Below, piece by piece: positions 27,039 through 38,214 of a DNA stretch of 43,140 nt (positions are counted from its first letter, which is position 1; each line of letters begins with the position of its first letter). The position numbers and the translations under genes were made by a program. Source of the stretch: Paraspadella gotoi (taxonomy: Eukaryota > Animalia > Chaetognatha); contig CM119270.1 in assembly GCA_051294375.1 (NCBI GenBank), forward strand, positions 6,644,736-6,687,875, in the 5' to 3' direction. The notes beneath the pieces were generated by a model. That model ran no database searches, was not told the DNA's origin, and saw only the letters and a program-made list of their open reading frames with translations.

Positions 27039-27245
27039 TTTTTGCACGTAGTCTGCGTGTATTGCGCACGCAGGCCAAGTGAGCTGACTTTGGTCGCCAG
27101 AAACTTGAGCCCGAACTACGTTTACGAGTACCATGTATTGAAACGTGTCGGCTATGATTCTTTAGTCTCCCCTCGTATCGTAACGAACTGGATTTCTCCG
27201 TCTCACGTGGAAATTCCGACTCCAGTTCGCAAGCCGTTCAGATAA
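27039..27245 (+). CDS. Putative terminal coding exon, unknown protein
   Basis: Branch-like GCTAAT and TTTCTCAG acceptor, then a complex open frame FLHVVCVYCARRPSELTLVARNLSPNYVYEYHVLKRVGYD...RKPFR-stop. No family recognised. Confidence 0.4.
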   Translation, partial: FLHVVCVYCARRPSELTLVARNLSPNYVYEYHVLKRVGYDSLVSPRIVTNWISPSHVEIPTPVRKPFR

Positions 27246-27349
27246 TGCTTGCCAGCTTGATAAAAAAAAAGTTGCCGACGAGAAAAAGCGCACCCCAGAG
27301 TGCTTGCTTGAGTTCCCGCGCTCTGGAATATAAAAAGCGATTCGTCTAG

Positions 27350-27398
<49 letters not shown>

Positions 27399-27489
27399 CG
27401 AGAAGAGAGAGAGAGAGAGGAGGAGCAAAACTTTCTTCGCCTTCGCTCTCCTCCAAGGCGCAAACCAATTACCAGGCCGTAAACAAAAA

Positions 27490-27527
<38 letters not shown>

Positions 27528-29010
27528 AACGACGACGACGACCTTGACAACCTCCAAGGCGAAAACGGCGACGAAAACGACGACTACGAATTAAGACGAG
27601 CTTAACTGCCGCTTGGCGCCAACGTGTAAGGGTATTACAATTAAGTTTGAGGAAACAATTATCGGCGACAATCGACCGCTAAGAATAACATTAAATGTAC
27701 ATACAACTGCAAAAGCCAACGAGACCGATGCTTCTGTGTATGATTACATAATTATTGTGAATTAATGTATTATGATTAACTCGATGTGTACATGTGGAAT
27801 ATTCTTCTGGCTTGGCTGGGCCGTCCAGAGTTAAAGGGGGCAGCGCGTTGGAAAATACAGTCATGCTCGCTTAAAAGTAAAAATAACTGGTTTCAACGGT
27901 ATGTCGATTTGAAACCAATTTTCCCGCTCAATCCTACGTCGTTAAATCGATACTTTGGTTAAATCTGACTTTGACAAATCCGACTTTCACTGTATTCTGT
28001 GACGGGATTTTCGCGGATCGAAAAAAACTTATTTTTTTAAAAAAAAAGAAGGAAATAAGAAAGAAGAAAAAAACAGCATCGACTAAGGGATTTATTTGGA
28101 AGGATAAATAGAGAAGGAGAGATAGGAGAAAAAGGGCTCTCTTTTCCAAACGCGCCCCATTTCTTTTCTTTTATCCTTGTATATAATTTTAACCATAATA
28201 ATTCTAAACTATTTGACCTACAAAAAAATGGAAGGAAGCTACTGAAAGGAAATTTAATGTAGTTCCGAAAACATTCTGATTTTTTAAATATCAAACAAGT
28301 TTTCGAATAGATATCCTTTATAGATATCGTTCTGGGAAAATTAGGCCGAAAAAAGATGGAAGAAAGCAAAAGGGAGGAAGAAAGAAAAAAGACAAAAGGA
28401 AAAGTGGGGAAAAAATAGCGAATATACTGCAGGGGAAGATAGAAAGCTAAGAGAAGGCAGGAATACAGAAGAGAAAGTAGAAAGTAAAAGGGAGGAAAAG
28501 GAGGAAGAGGAAGTGGGAGAGAAAAAGGAAAGGAAGAAGGAGGAAGAAAGTTTGTTAGTGTCGGGTTACAGCGATTAAGTACGAACAAAAAACACAATTA
28601 TTTTCTAGCCAACCTTCTTCTTTGTGATCATTTGTAACAAGTAAAAATATCACAAGCATTTCTGGTTATTGATTCATTTCCTACTTTATACGTTAAACGA
28701 TATCGCTTGTTATAATTGACTTAAATGGTTACGTCAGCGAACGAGTTTTATACTCAAAAACAAAAAGATAAAAAAACAAAAGTGAAAATTAAAAAAGATA
28801 TAACTCTTTCGCAACGAAAACCATTTTTGCTCGACGCCCATGGAAAGGAAAGGGAAAAAGTGAGAGTCTCATAACACGAAATGGTGGAGTCACGCGAAAA
28901 AATAGCGCCGGTGTCAAGTGGAGACACTCAAAATTTGAATTTCAAAACATTTTGAAAAAAAAAAGTAGACGCCAGGGTGAGTGGTTGAAAAGAGGGAAGG
29001 GTGTTTAAGT

Positions 29011-29061
<51 letters not shown>

Positions 29062-29946
29062 TTTTTTATTTCTGTGAAAAGCTGAAATGGAGAGAGAAAC
29101 GTCGTGTGTGAAGTGAATTCCCGATGAGAAACGAGTTCGACAGAAAAAGAAAAAAAAAGAGAAAATTAAATTTTTTGGGGTCCGTTTTTAAGGGTTAGAC
29201 GTTTTTCCTCTGAAGAGAATAACCTTTCTTGAAAGATTTATGGGATTTTTTTTTTCCGATTGTGAGAGCAGGAGCGTTTCCTATTGGAAAAAAAAATATT
29301 GAAAAAGTTATAGGATATTTTTACTTTCATTGTTAGTGCAGTAGCTTTTTCTACTAAAGAAATAATTTAAAGATTTATGGAATTATTTGATTTGGTTTAT
29401 TTTTTATTGATTATTAGCTTTTTTTCCTATAGGTAGAAATATTATGAGATTTTATTTTCAATTTCCGTTGAAAGAACATTTTTTTTTCAATTGAAACAAA
29501 ATATTGATAATGACATTAATTAGATTTGTTAAAAATTACAGGAAAGATTTTCCTCTACATCCTTTTGGAAATTAAGGAGCGAACTCTAAAAACGTCAACG
29601 AAAGTATATTTCGATTCTTCCTCCTAACTTCTACTTTACTTGAAGATTGTGGGAGAGGGAAAAATTAAGAAATACATCACTTCATTTGCATTTGTACAAA
29701 GAAGAGAATCTATCGAATCTTTTGTAGACTTATAATGAATAAAATTTAATTTAAATACGCGATATTCAATCAGAGAACCACTGCTAAAATTTTCACTTTC
29801 CATTGAGAACCCAATCATGTATTTGAACGTCGTTTTTGCGTCGTTTGAGATTCCCGGCCCAGAACGCCCTGGATCCCACCCAAGACCCAACAGTCCCAAA
29901 GCGGCTTCGAATTCTGAATCTTTAATCGTAGTCTTGTAGTGGTAGT

Positions 29947-30320
29947 ATTTATTTATTTATTATTATTATTATTATTATTTATTTATTATTATTTATTATT
30001 TATTTATTTATTTTAGTCCTTAATTTCGTCATGTTGGTAACTTCAACTGAAGACATGGAGTTTTACTCTCATTTTACTTCGCCCCTTTATGTTGGTAATG
30101 AGGTGACCGAGAAGAGAAGCGGTCGCCATGCTCCACTGACGGTGAGTATAGCACGCCGCTTAGTGGGGGATATCGTTCAGAATTTCGTTTCTGTCGCTTG
30201 ACGCTTAACCGGCCCGTCACTCTTTTTTACAAGGACCGTTCCATCCAGAGCTAGAATCCGGAACCATTAGGTTTGGGCAAGAGAAGAAGTAACGTTAGCC
30301 CAGTTCTGCTATTAGGGCGT
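29947..30320 (-). mobile_element. Possible degenerate tRNA-derived SINE
   Basis: The minus strand begins with an A-box-like TAGCAGAACTGG, has a weak B-box-like GGATTCTAGCTC, a GC-richer body and a 3' (AAT/AAAT)n tail at 29947-30014. No second copy in the window. Confidence 0.3.
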
Positions 30321-31189
30321 CGATGGAAAGAACATGTATCCAACTATCCATCGCGTCCATGATATTACGTCATTACAGTAACAAAATAAATTCGTAATAA
30401 AAAAAATATTAATTTTTAGTCGTCGAAATTATTTTTGTCGCGGTCAGTTGATATTTCTTTACATCGACTCGATTATATTTATTAATATTAATATTAACTA
30501 TGAATTCGCGAGTTAGACTTACTTGGGTGGGAGAAAGAACAGACAATGGATCGGACTGTCTGCTTTCGACCGCTTTCATGCTGGCTATCAAATTTTAATC
30601 ATTTACGTACAACGAAAACGCGCCGATATTGGTAAACATTTGAATAAAAAAAAAATTGGAAAATGGTTCTTTGTCATATTATTTATTTAATTTTTTTTTT
30701 TTCATTATTTTTTTGGGGGGAAGGAGAAGAGGGGTTTAATGCGAAATTTGGGTTAGGTTTATCTTTAAGCTTTAAGCTTTAAGAAAGAATATTTTGTATT
30801 ATTATTAAGGAGTCTCTTTGCTAAAAATATCCTCGCTGATGGAATCGGAACCAAATGATGTTAAAACACCAAAAAAATATTTAAACAAAAGTCTTATGAA
30901 TGCTTATAATAAAAAATAAAAACCTCAAAAGTCAACTACAATATCAACGTATACTTTATTCAACACGAAAATAATTTTTATCATTCAGTGTTCTAATCTA
31001 AACGGAACGAAATATAGAATCAAAACAAACTTAAACAAAAATAAAATATTATTATATTTTTACTAATTAATACTCTTGCGTGACTTATAAACCCAGACGC
31101 CACCCCTTCGCCTTTCAAAAACTCTTGTTTACTTTCCCTCTTTTTTTTTCGCCCTTTTTCCGTGTCGTAATCTTTTGTTCGTGATTTTT

Positions 31190-31248
31190 TTCGCGAAAGA
31201 AAACAATCTGTTTTTCGCGAAAGAAAACAATCTGTTTTGCGCGAAAGA
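31190..31248. repeat. 24-bp tandem repeat (~2.5 copies) TTCGCGAAAGAAAACAATCTGTTT
   Basis: Direct repeat ending ~125 bp upstream of the ATG at 31375. Confidence 0.85.
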
Positions 31249-31374
31249 AGGACCCCCTTTACAAACGGAGACGACAACCTTTCTCTTGTTCGTACGTAAA
31301 CCATAAAAGCGACGGGGAAAAAGCAATGACCGAAAATCGTTTAGATTTTAAGTCAACGACGCATTAATTCGATC

Positions 31375-31417
31375 ATGAAGGTGAGAGAGAGAGAGAGAGA
31401 GAGAGAGAAGAGAGAGA

Positions 31418-31482
<65 letters not shown>

Positions 31483-33737
31483 GTATGGGAGTGAGCGATT
31501 TGACGGCAACTAATTTTTCTCATTAAGAGATTATTATTTTTTTTTTTAAATGGATTTCTTGCTTTGGTTTGAAGATTTCTTTTTCGACGATCTCTATAAT
31601 TTTAAATAACAATAACTGGGTATTTTATTCTTTTTCTTTCCTAAATAAATCAAGGAATTTTCTGATTTCCAGAGTTCGGAACCGACTTTTCTTTTTTATT
31701 ATTCATTTCTTTTTTTTTAGGTTAATTTAATTAGCCATAGCCGATGAAATTTAAATGCTAATGTATACAGCGTTAAAATAATCTATCATGACCATAGATT
31801 ATGGAATTAAAATATTTTTTTGTCAAAAATGCTTTCTTCTGAGGGTACTTGCCTAATTAAAAATATTATATTACTATATAGAGCAAAAAATATTTTTTTA
31901 AAATCTTAAAATTTTTTGATGGATTCTGATAGAGCATAAAAAGTTAAACAAGAAATATAATTACAGCTTTTAAAAATTCTTACGTTTTCTAAGTGAAAAT
32001 ATAAAAAAACTGATAAAATATTCGAAAGATGATGATGATGATGATTTTTTATAGTTTTTCTTATTTTTGACACACTTATGGTAAAAATATTTAAAAAAGA
32101 ATCATACTTTGTGCAGACAACTTTTTATGAGCTATCTGAATCTGGTCTTAAAATTTAAAAATTCAAAAAAAAAATTTTGGCCTTTCCTATCTATAAATAA
32201 ATATTAAAAAATTAATTACGAGGGTATAGAGCCATATTAGAAATTTTTTGTCCATTGAAAGTATTCTTAAAAATGTCTAAATATTCGTTTGAGCATGTAC
32301 TCACTCTAAATTTTTGACTCACCCCATTGAGTGCGGCTACCCCTAATTTAATTCGAATTGAGTTCCATATTTCCTTTACACATTTACAGATCCTGCTGGC
32401 ATCGTCCTTGCGATTTCGGCTGTAACAGGTAACAATTTTATAACACGATTGTCGAAAGCCAATTTCCTTGTTACCAGCAAAATTTTTCTCTCCAGCCTTG
32501 GAAAAACGTGATCCGTGTCAACCCAAGCCTGATTCACTGATATATGGAACTAGCAATCAAGCTTGCACTCGTAAATATGGTGATGGCTGGAAAATGAGGC
32601 TTGTTGACAGAGCTTGCTGTCCCCCGATTTTTCAAGACATGATTTCAGAGAAGTCGAGAAACGTGATCCCTGCCAACCCAAGCCTGATTCATTGATATAT
32701 GGAACCAGCAATCAAGCTTGCACTCGTAAATATGGTGATGGATGGAAAATGAGGCTTGTTGACAGAGCTTGCTGTCCCCCGATTTTTCAAGACATGATTT
32801 CAGAGAAGTCGAGAAACGTGATCCCTGCCAACCCAAGCCTGATTCACTGATATATGGAACCAGCAATCAAGCTTGCACTCGTAAATATGGTGATGGATGG
32901 AAAATGAGGCTTTGTGACAGAGCTTGCTGTCCCCCCGATTTTTCAAGACATGATTTCAGAGAAGTTGAGAAACGTGATCCCTGCCAACCCAAGCCTGATT
33001 CACGATTTATGGAACCAGCAATCAAGCTTGCACTCGTAAATATGGTGATGGATGGAAAATGAGGCTTGTTGACAGAGCTTGCTGTCCCCCGATTTTTCAA
33101 GACATGATTTCAGAGAAGTTGAGAAACGTGATCCCTGCCAACCCAAGCCTGATTCACTGATATATGGTACCAGCAATCAAGCTTGCACTCGTAAATATGG
33201 TGATGGATGGAAAATGAGGCTTGTTGACAGAGCTTGCTGTCCCCCCGATTTTTCAGACATGATTTCAGAGAAGTCGAGAAACGTGATCCCTGCCAACCCA
33301 AGCCTGATTCACTGATATATGGTACCAGCAATCAAGCTTGCACTCGTAAATATGGTGATGGATGGAAAATGAGGCTTGTGGACAGAGCTTGCTGTCCCCC
33401 GATTTTTCAAGACATGATTTCAGAGAAGTTGAGAAACGAGATCCCTGCCAACCCAAGCCTGATTCACTGATTTATGGAACCAGCAATCAAGCTTGCACTC
33501 GTAAATATGGTGATGGATGGAAAATGAGGCTTGTTGACAGAGCTTGCTGTCCCCCGATTTTTCAAGACATGATTTCAGAGAAGTCGAGAAACGTGATCCC
33601 TGCCAACCCAAGCCTGATTCACTGAATATATGGTACCAGCAATCAAGCTTGCACTCGTAAATATGGTGATGGATGGAAAATCGAGGCTTGTTGACAGAGC
33701 TTGCTGTCCACCGGATTTTTCAAGACACGATTTCTGA
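31375..33737 (+). CDS. Secreted multi-copy cysteine-rich peptide precursor (3 coding exons: 31375-31380, 32390-32428, 32496-33737), ~430 aa after correcting single-base indels
   Basis: Splice junctions ATGAAG|GTGAG, TTTACAG|ATC...ACAG|GTAAC and TTTCTCTCCAG|CC give MKILL(G)IVLAISAVTA-LEKR (one G must be restored in exon 2). This is followed by 8 units of DPCQPKPDSLIYGTSNQACTRKYGDGWKMRLVDRACCPPDFSRHDF linked by REVEKR. The last unit ends CCA CCG GAT TTT TCA AGA CAC GAT TTC TGA. Inter-unit substitutions are almost all synonymous. Confidence 0.8.
32510..33737 (+). repeat. Tandem array of 8 near-identical 154-156-bp units (coding repeat)
   Basis: Unit starts (GAT of Asp) are at 32510, 32665, 32820, 32976, 33130, 33285, 33440 and 33595. 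Confidence 0.97.
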
Positions 33738-34926
33738 GTCATCAACATTTCAAGGTTATTTCATTTAAAAAAGCGGTTAGTAGGAATTTATAATTATTTA
33801 GTGTTTTATAGCTTACTAAGCTGACAAAAGTAATTCAAAGAAATAGTAGTAGTAACCAAAAAATTACAATTATCAGAGATAAGAGGTTGAGGTGAGATTA
33901 CTTTGTTTACTATAACCTCACTAAAACCATTTTTTTATGTTTTTAGGCGACGCGTGAAAGCAAAGCTTCCGCTATAATCCAAAAGAAGTATAACACGCCT
34001 TAGGAATTTTCAAGCATATCATATTCCTTGCTTTTTTTAGTGTAATTTGGCAATTTTAAAGTACTCCTGCAATGTACGGGTTAAGAAACAAACCTATAAT
34101 TGTGAATTTTATTTAAAAAAATGCATTTAAAACTTAAATGCGCGTCATTTGAACGACTCTGTTAATCATTTCATAGAAACCGGATTAATAAAGTATCTGA
34201 AAAATAATTAATGATTGCTAATTCCGTCTCAATTGAAACTTTTCTTTGCTTAATAAATTCTGTAACGAATTGAAGTATTCTTATTATTATTATTTATATT
34301 ACCATTTTTGATGCAAAACAAAGTCAGTAGTTCATAAAAATGGCCGAGCTATAATTTTATGTTTTGATCTTTGCCTAATAATTTAGAGAAAAAGAAAATG
34401 TACTAGTAAAACTAAAGTTAATTCAACTGATAAATAAAAACAAATTTTTCATATTAGTCGTTCGCGTTATCCACCAGAGGCGTTCCGTTTCGTATTTGAC
34501 AAAACGGAAACAAAAGATATTTATGGAATTGAGGTAAATTTATGAAGAAATCAAATACAACCATAACTATAGTCAAATTATCTCTGTACCAAAAAATTTT
34601 TAAAGACTTCTGCTTCAACCAACGGACCAAATACAGACGAATCAACAGAGAAATGAAGATCGCCCCCTTTCCTTCCCGTCCCAAAATCGAATAAACAAAA
34701 AAGTTCTTAATAACTTTACTCTTTAAAAATTCGCCGTAGCCTCTAGAATCCTAGCTACTTTCAAATTTACTTTTCTTTATTTAGTTTTTACTTTTCTCTC
34801 CCCCCTCTCTCTTTCGGGGGGGTTCAAGTCGGTCTTTATTTCCTTTATTTCCGCGACCAAAGACTCGGATTGTCTTCTCTATAGTCTCCCCATGCCTCTC
34901 GCGACGCCGCGGACAAAAGCGCAAGG

Positions 34927-35208
34927 ATGAATCCCTGGTTGTGGGTCTGCTCCCTGCGCGCCCTCCCGCGGATCGTGGAGACGCCCGCGCCGGTTCGTCA
35001 TCTCGTCGCGCGCCGATGCCAGTCCGGGTCGTCGTCGTCCTCGACGCCGTCGTCGACGGCGCCACGATACGCGGCGACAGAGGCGACGGGAAAGACGCCG
35101 GGCGTCGTCGTAGTGTCGAACGGGAAGCCGATAAATGGTGCACGGCGGGGAGCATGGGCGGATGGAATTAAGGGATCGGGTGGTCAGATTATGTCGAATA
35201 ACAGTTAG
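34927..35208 (+). CDS. GC/CpG-rich candidate first exon
   Basis: ATG-initiated, Arg/Ser/Ala-rich frame MNPWLWVCSLRALPRIVETPAPVRHLVARRCQS.. in a local CpG island upstream of the 36533 exons. Other frames and the opposite strand are also open. Confidence 0.3.
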   Translation: MNPWLWVCSLRALPRIVETPAPVRHLVARRCQSGSSSSSTPSSTAPRYAATEATGKTPGVVVVSNGKPINGARRGAWADGIKGSGGQIMSNNS

Positions 35209-36532
35209 AATTTGCGGTTTTTTTTCCTTTTCATTTAGAAAATATTCGTGAAAAGAGATTTTCAAGTAATGCTTATTTGAAAAATATAGACGAAACCAAA
35301 ATTTGTCACTTTTTTTCAGTAAAAGAATACAAGTTGTTAATGTCCTCAAGAAAAAAAGGCAATGAATCACTTAACAGCATCAAAGAGAAAGTAAGTTTGA
35401 GAAAAGCGAATGATTTCTCGTAGTACAATTATTAATATTATGTTGTTTCTCTCAAAGCAGTACTGCTTTCATCATCATCATTATTGTTACTAAAATTTTT
35501 TCTGTTTTCCTTTTTTATCCTCAAAAAGCGGCCAACTTCGGAGACAGCGCCGTATAACGACGGGTATTCTTACGGTGAGAGGCATATATATCTTTGTGTG
35601 CGCCCGCGTATGCGCCCGAGTATGAAGCAGAATACTTAAGTTACCTTTACTTGCTAAATAAGTAAAAATGGTCAACTGCTAAATTAAATAAGGCAAAATA
35701 TTTTTTCTTTAGATCATGGTATCTGGGGCAGCAACGGCCAATTCTACATCCATAAGTTTATGACCAATAACAATGCGGGTGAGAATTAGAGATAGGAGTG
35801 AAGCCGGAAAAGACAGCATAATTGTTCAATGTTCAATAATGAGCACAATGCTATAGGCTGGTTAGTGGTTATTGGTTAATCGGCCCGTTCCACTTAACCG
35901 CAACGCTTTCGGGCTTGAACCCTGGAGGCGAATAAGCTGCCTCGGCTCAAATTATCGCTGTAAACGATTGGTGGATTTTAAGCCATCACAGATGTAATTC
36001 AGAAAGTAATTGATGTAAGAAATGATTGTAAATGAACGCAAACTTGGGGTAATTTTTTTTTGTAATTTACTTGTTAAGTATGTGGAAGATTAACGCAGCT
36101 CAACTTCATTTATTGGTAAATTATAAAAGCGAACTCGTCGTCAAAATATTTCAAGTACGGAACAAATTCGAACAATTTGGCGGACGGAAGATCGGGAGAC
36201 GGAACTGAAGACGAAGAGGTTGTTGTTGTTGAAGGATGACGAATGAGAAATGAGGATTTTGATGACAAGTTGCTGCAGCGAAAGAATAAGTCATTACTCT
36301 CAAATTTAGAGCGAATTGAAAATCTCCAGAGAGTAATTTTACTTATGCCATAAGTTACGGCCCTCTATCACTTTCCTGACAAAACGAAGTGACAACAATT
36401 ACATTATTACTTATTAAACTTATCAAACTTCGACTATTCCTTTCCAGATCCTGTAGTTTATAATCGTGGAATATCATAATTTTACGATATAAATTTTTTT
36501 TTAAATAAATTTATCTGTACTTTCTCATCCAG

Positions 36533-37212
36533 ACGCTGAAGGACATTTTGACGCGACACAGGAATCACAACAGCGAATACGACGAATGGGCCGAGTTCGC
36601 CCTGGAGAATTCCAAAGAAGAGGACAAGAATCAACCGCAGCTACAGCAACTGAAGCGCCAGCAGCAGCAGAAAATGCTGAGAGAGCAGCGAGAGATGCAG
36701 AAGCACAAGCAAAAGCGTGAGTATTAGCCAATTGTTTTATTTTACTATTAGTAATGATGCCCGGGGTATCTTAGTAATTGACGTTCAGTCTACGTACCCG
36801 AAGTGATTCCAAGTTGTACTTTTCGCCAAACATTGAAACAGGAACTTTATGTTAAATGTATCAAATCTTAGTTAATCTTTATCAAGTTTTTTTTTTCCAT
36901 TTACTTTTTTTAGCGGATGAATCGTGGATACGACAGAGTCAAATGGAAGAAGAGAATGATCTTAATCAGGTTCGTCAGAGTGACTTACGGAAAGATAGAT
37001 GACGTTTCGACCGCCACCCATTACCACCCCTACAGGAGCGGCCTACCAGTGGCATGAGCCTCCGATTCAGGCACAACAGCGAGTTCGACGAGTGGGCGAT
37101 GTTCGCCGCGGAACAAGACTTGCTGCCCAAAATGCAAAAGGAGTTAAAGGAGAAGAAAGGTGAATCGGAGTGGGTTGAGGAATCGATAAAAGGAATTGTT
37201 AGGAATAATTAA
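36533..37212 (+). CDS. Exons of an uncharacterised charged/coiled-coil-like protein with an internal repeat (36533-36716, 36914-36969, 37036-37212 or -37159)
   Basis: Canonical, phase-compatible junctions (CATCCAG|ACG; AAGC|GTGAGT; TTTTAG|CG; CAG|GTTCGT; CTACAG|GAG) give TLKDILTRHRNHNSEYDEWAEFALENSK...KHKQK/PDESWIRQSQMEEENDLNQ/ERPTSGMSLRFRHNSEFDEWAMFAAEQDLLPKMQKELKEKK. The 5' exons were not identified. Confidence 0.7.
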
Positions 37213-37698
37213 AGTAGAGGGCGCAAAAATATACAGCAGTTCAAAAAATAAAAAAATCACAAACAAAAGTTACCGATATGATATTTTTTTTTATTGCATC
37301 TTATACGATGGGATCTTAATGAGAGTAAGAAATATTTAAATGGATCGAATTAACAAAATATCTGACATTATATTAATATTGGTAAGAAAAGCAAAAAAAA
37401 AAAACAAACAAAAAAAACTTGGCATCTGCAAACCAAGTTTTGGATGCAAATTACTATATCATTCAAACGTTATGAGAGACAAAAGACAAAGATTTTTTTA
37501 AGACGCTACTTAACATGATCAGATAATAAACCATTGCTTAATAACTGTCTAAAAACTTTAAAAAATCACGTAGACCGGAGCTGGGATAATCATAATAAAT
37601 TAAATAACGATAAATTTTCTCTCAGCTATCATTCATATTTATGGGATGCGAAGTGCATATTTTTGTGATGTAACCATATTTGCCCTTGAGCGACAGAA

Positions 37699-38214
37699 CT
37701 AAAAGAATGAGATATTTATTTTGTTACTTTCGTTATCGTCAACTTTTTTTATTCGCGGCGGATTCTTGATGTAGCGACGCTTTCTCTTATTGTGTCCAAT
37801 AATCGCTTCTTTATTTCGGAGTTTTAAGGAGGCGACTTCCTCAGAATGATATCCGACGCAATGTCTCATCAACGAGACTGGAATCTTCGATGAATAGGGA
37901 CAATAACGACATTGATAAAGAGACTTCTCGCGGGAGGGGATAACTCGCTGAGGAGCTGTCGATTTATTAGCGTCTTCGACATCGAGACGATTGTCCGATA
38001 CTTTCTTTTCCAAATTAACCGCCTCGATTTTGACGACGCGCTCCGTAATTTCACTGGACGTCGGGGAAACCTCGGGAGAATCGAGCGACACAGTAAAATC
38101 TTCCTTTGCGTGGTCGTCGTTGGGAAAGATGAGGTTGGAATCGTTTTCGTCGATGAAATCTTCTTCGCAGAGAAGAGAGTTATTATCCAAGGAGAAACCA
38201 CCGATTGTTTCCAT
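37699..38214 (-). CDS. C2H2 zinc-finger protein (single finger, acidic N-terminus, basic NLS-like tail)
   Basis: Complex 171-aa ORF from the ATG at 38214. YQCRYCPYSSKIPVSLMRHCVGYH fits C-x2-C-x12-H-x4-H (37846-37911) and is followed by NKRKRRYIK. It may be one exon of a larger gene. Confidence 0.75.
   Translation of the reverse strand: METIGGFSLDNNSLLCEEDFIDENDSNLIFPNDDHAKEDFTVSLDSPEVSPTSSEITERVVKIEAVNLEKKVSDNRLDVEDANKSTAPQRVIPSREKSLYQCRYCPYSSKIPVSLMRHCVGYHSEEVASLKLRNKEAIIGHNKRKRRYIKNPPRIKKVDDNESNKINISFF

Noticed and set aside
29636-29899. ORF with GLLGLG, reminiscent of pepsin-family DGILGLG
   Set aside because: No other aspartic-protease motifs and no clear splice sites.
32510-33737. Non-coding nucleosome-sized (155-bp) satellite or CRISPR-like array
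   Set aside because: There are no unique spacers. Synonymous-biased variation, a leader with splice sites, KR sites and a precisely placed stop indicate a coding repeat.
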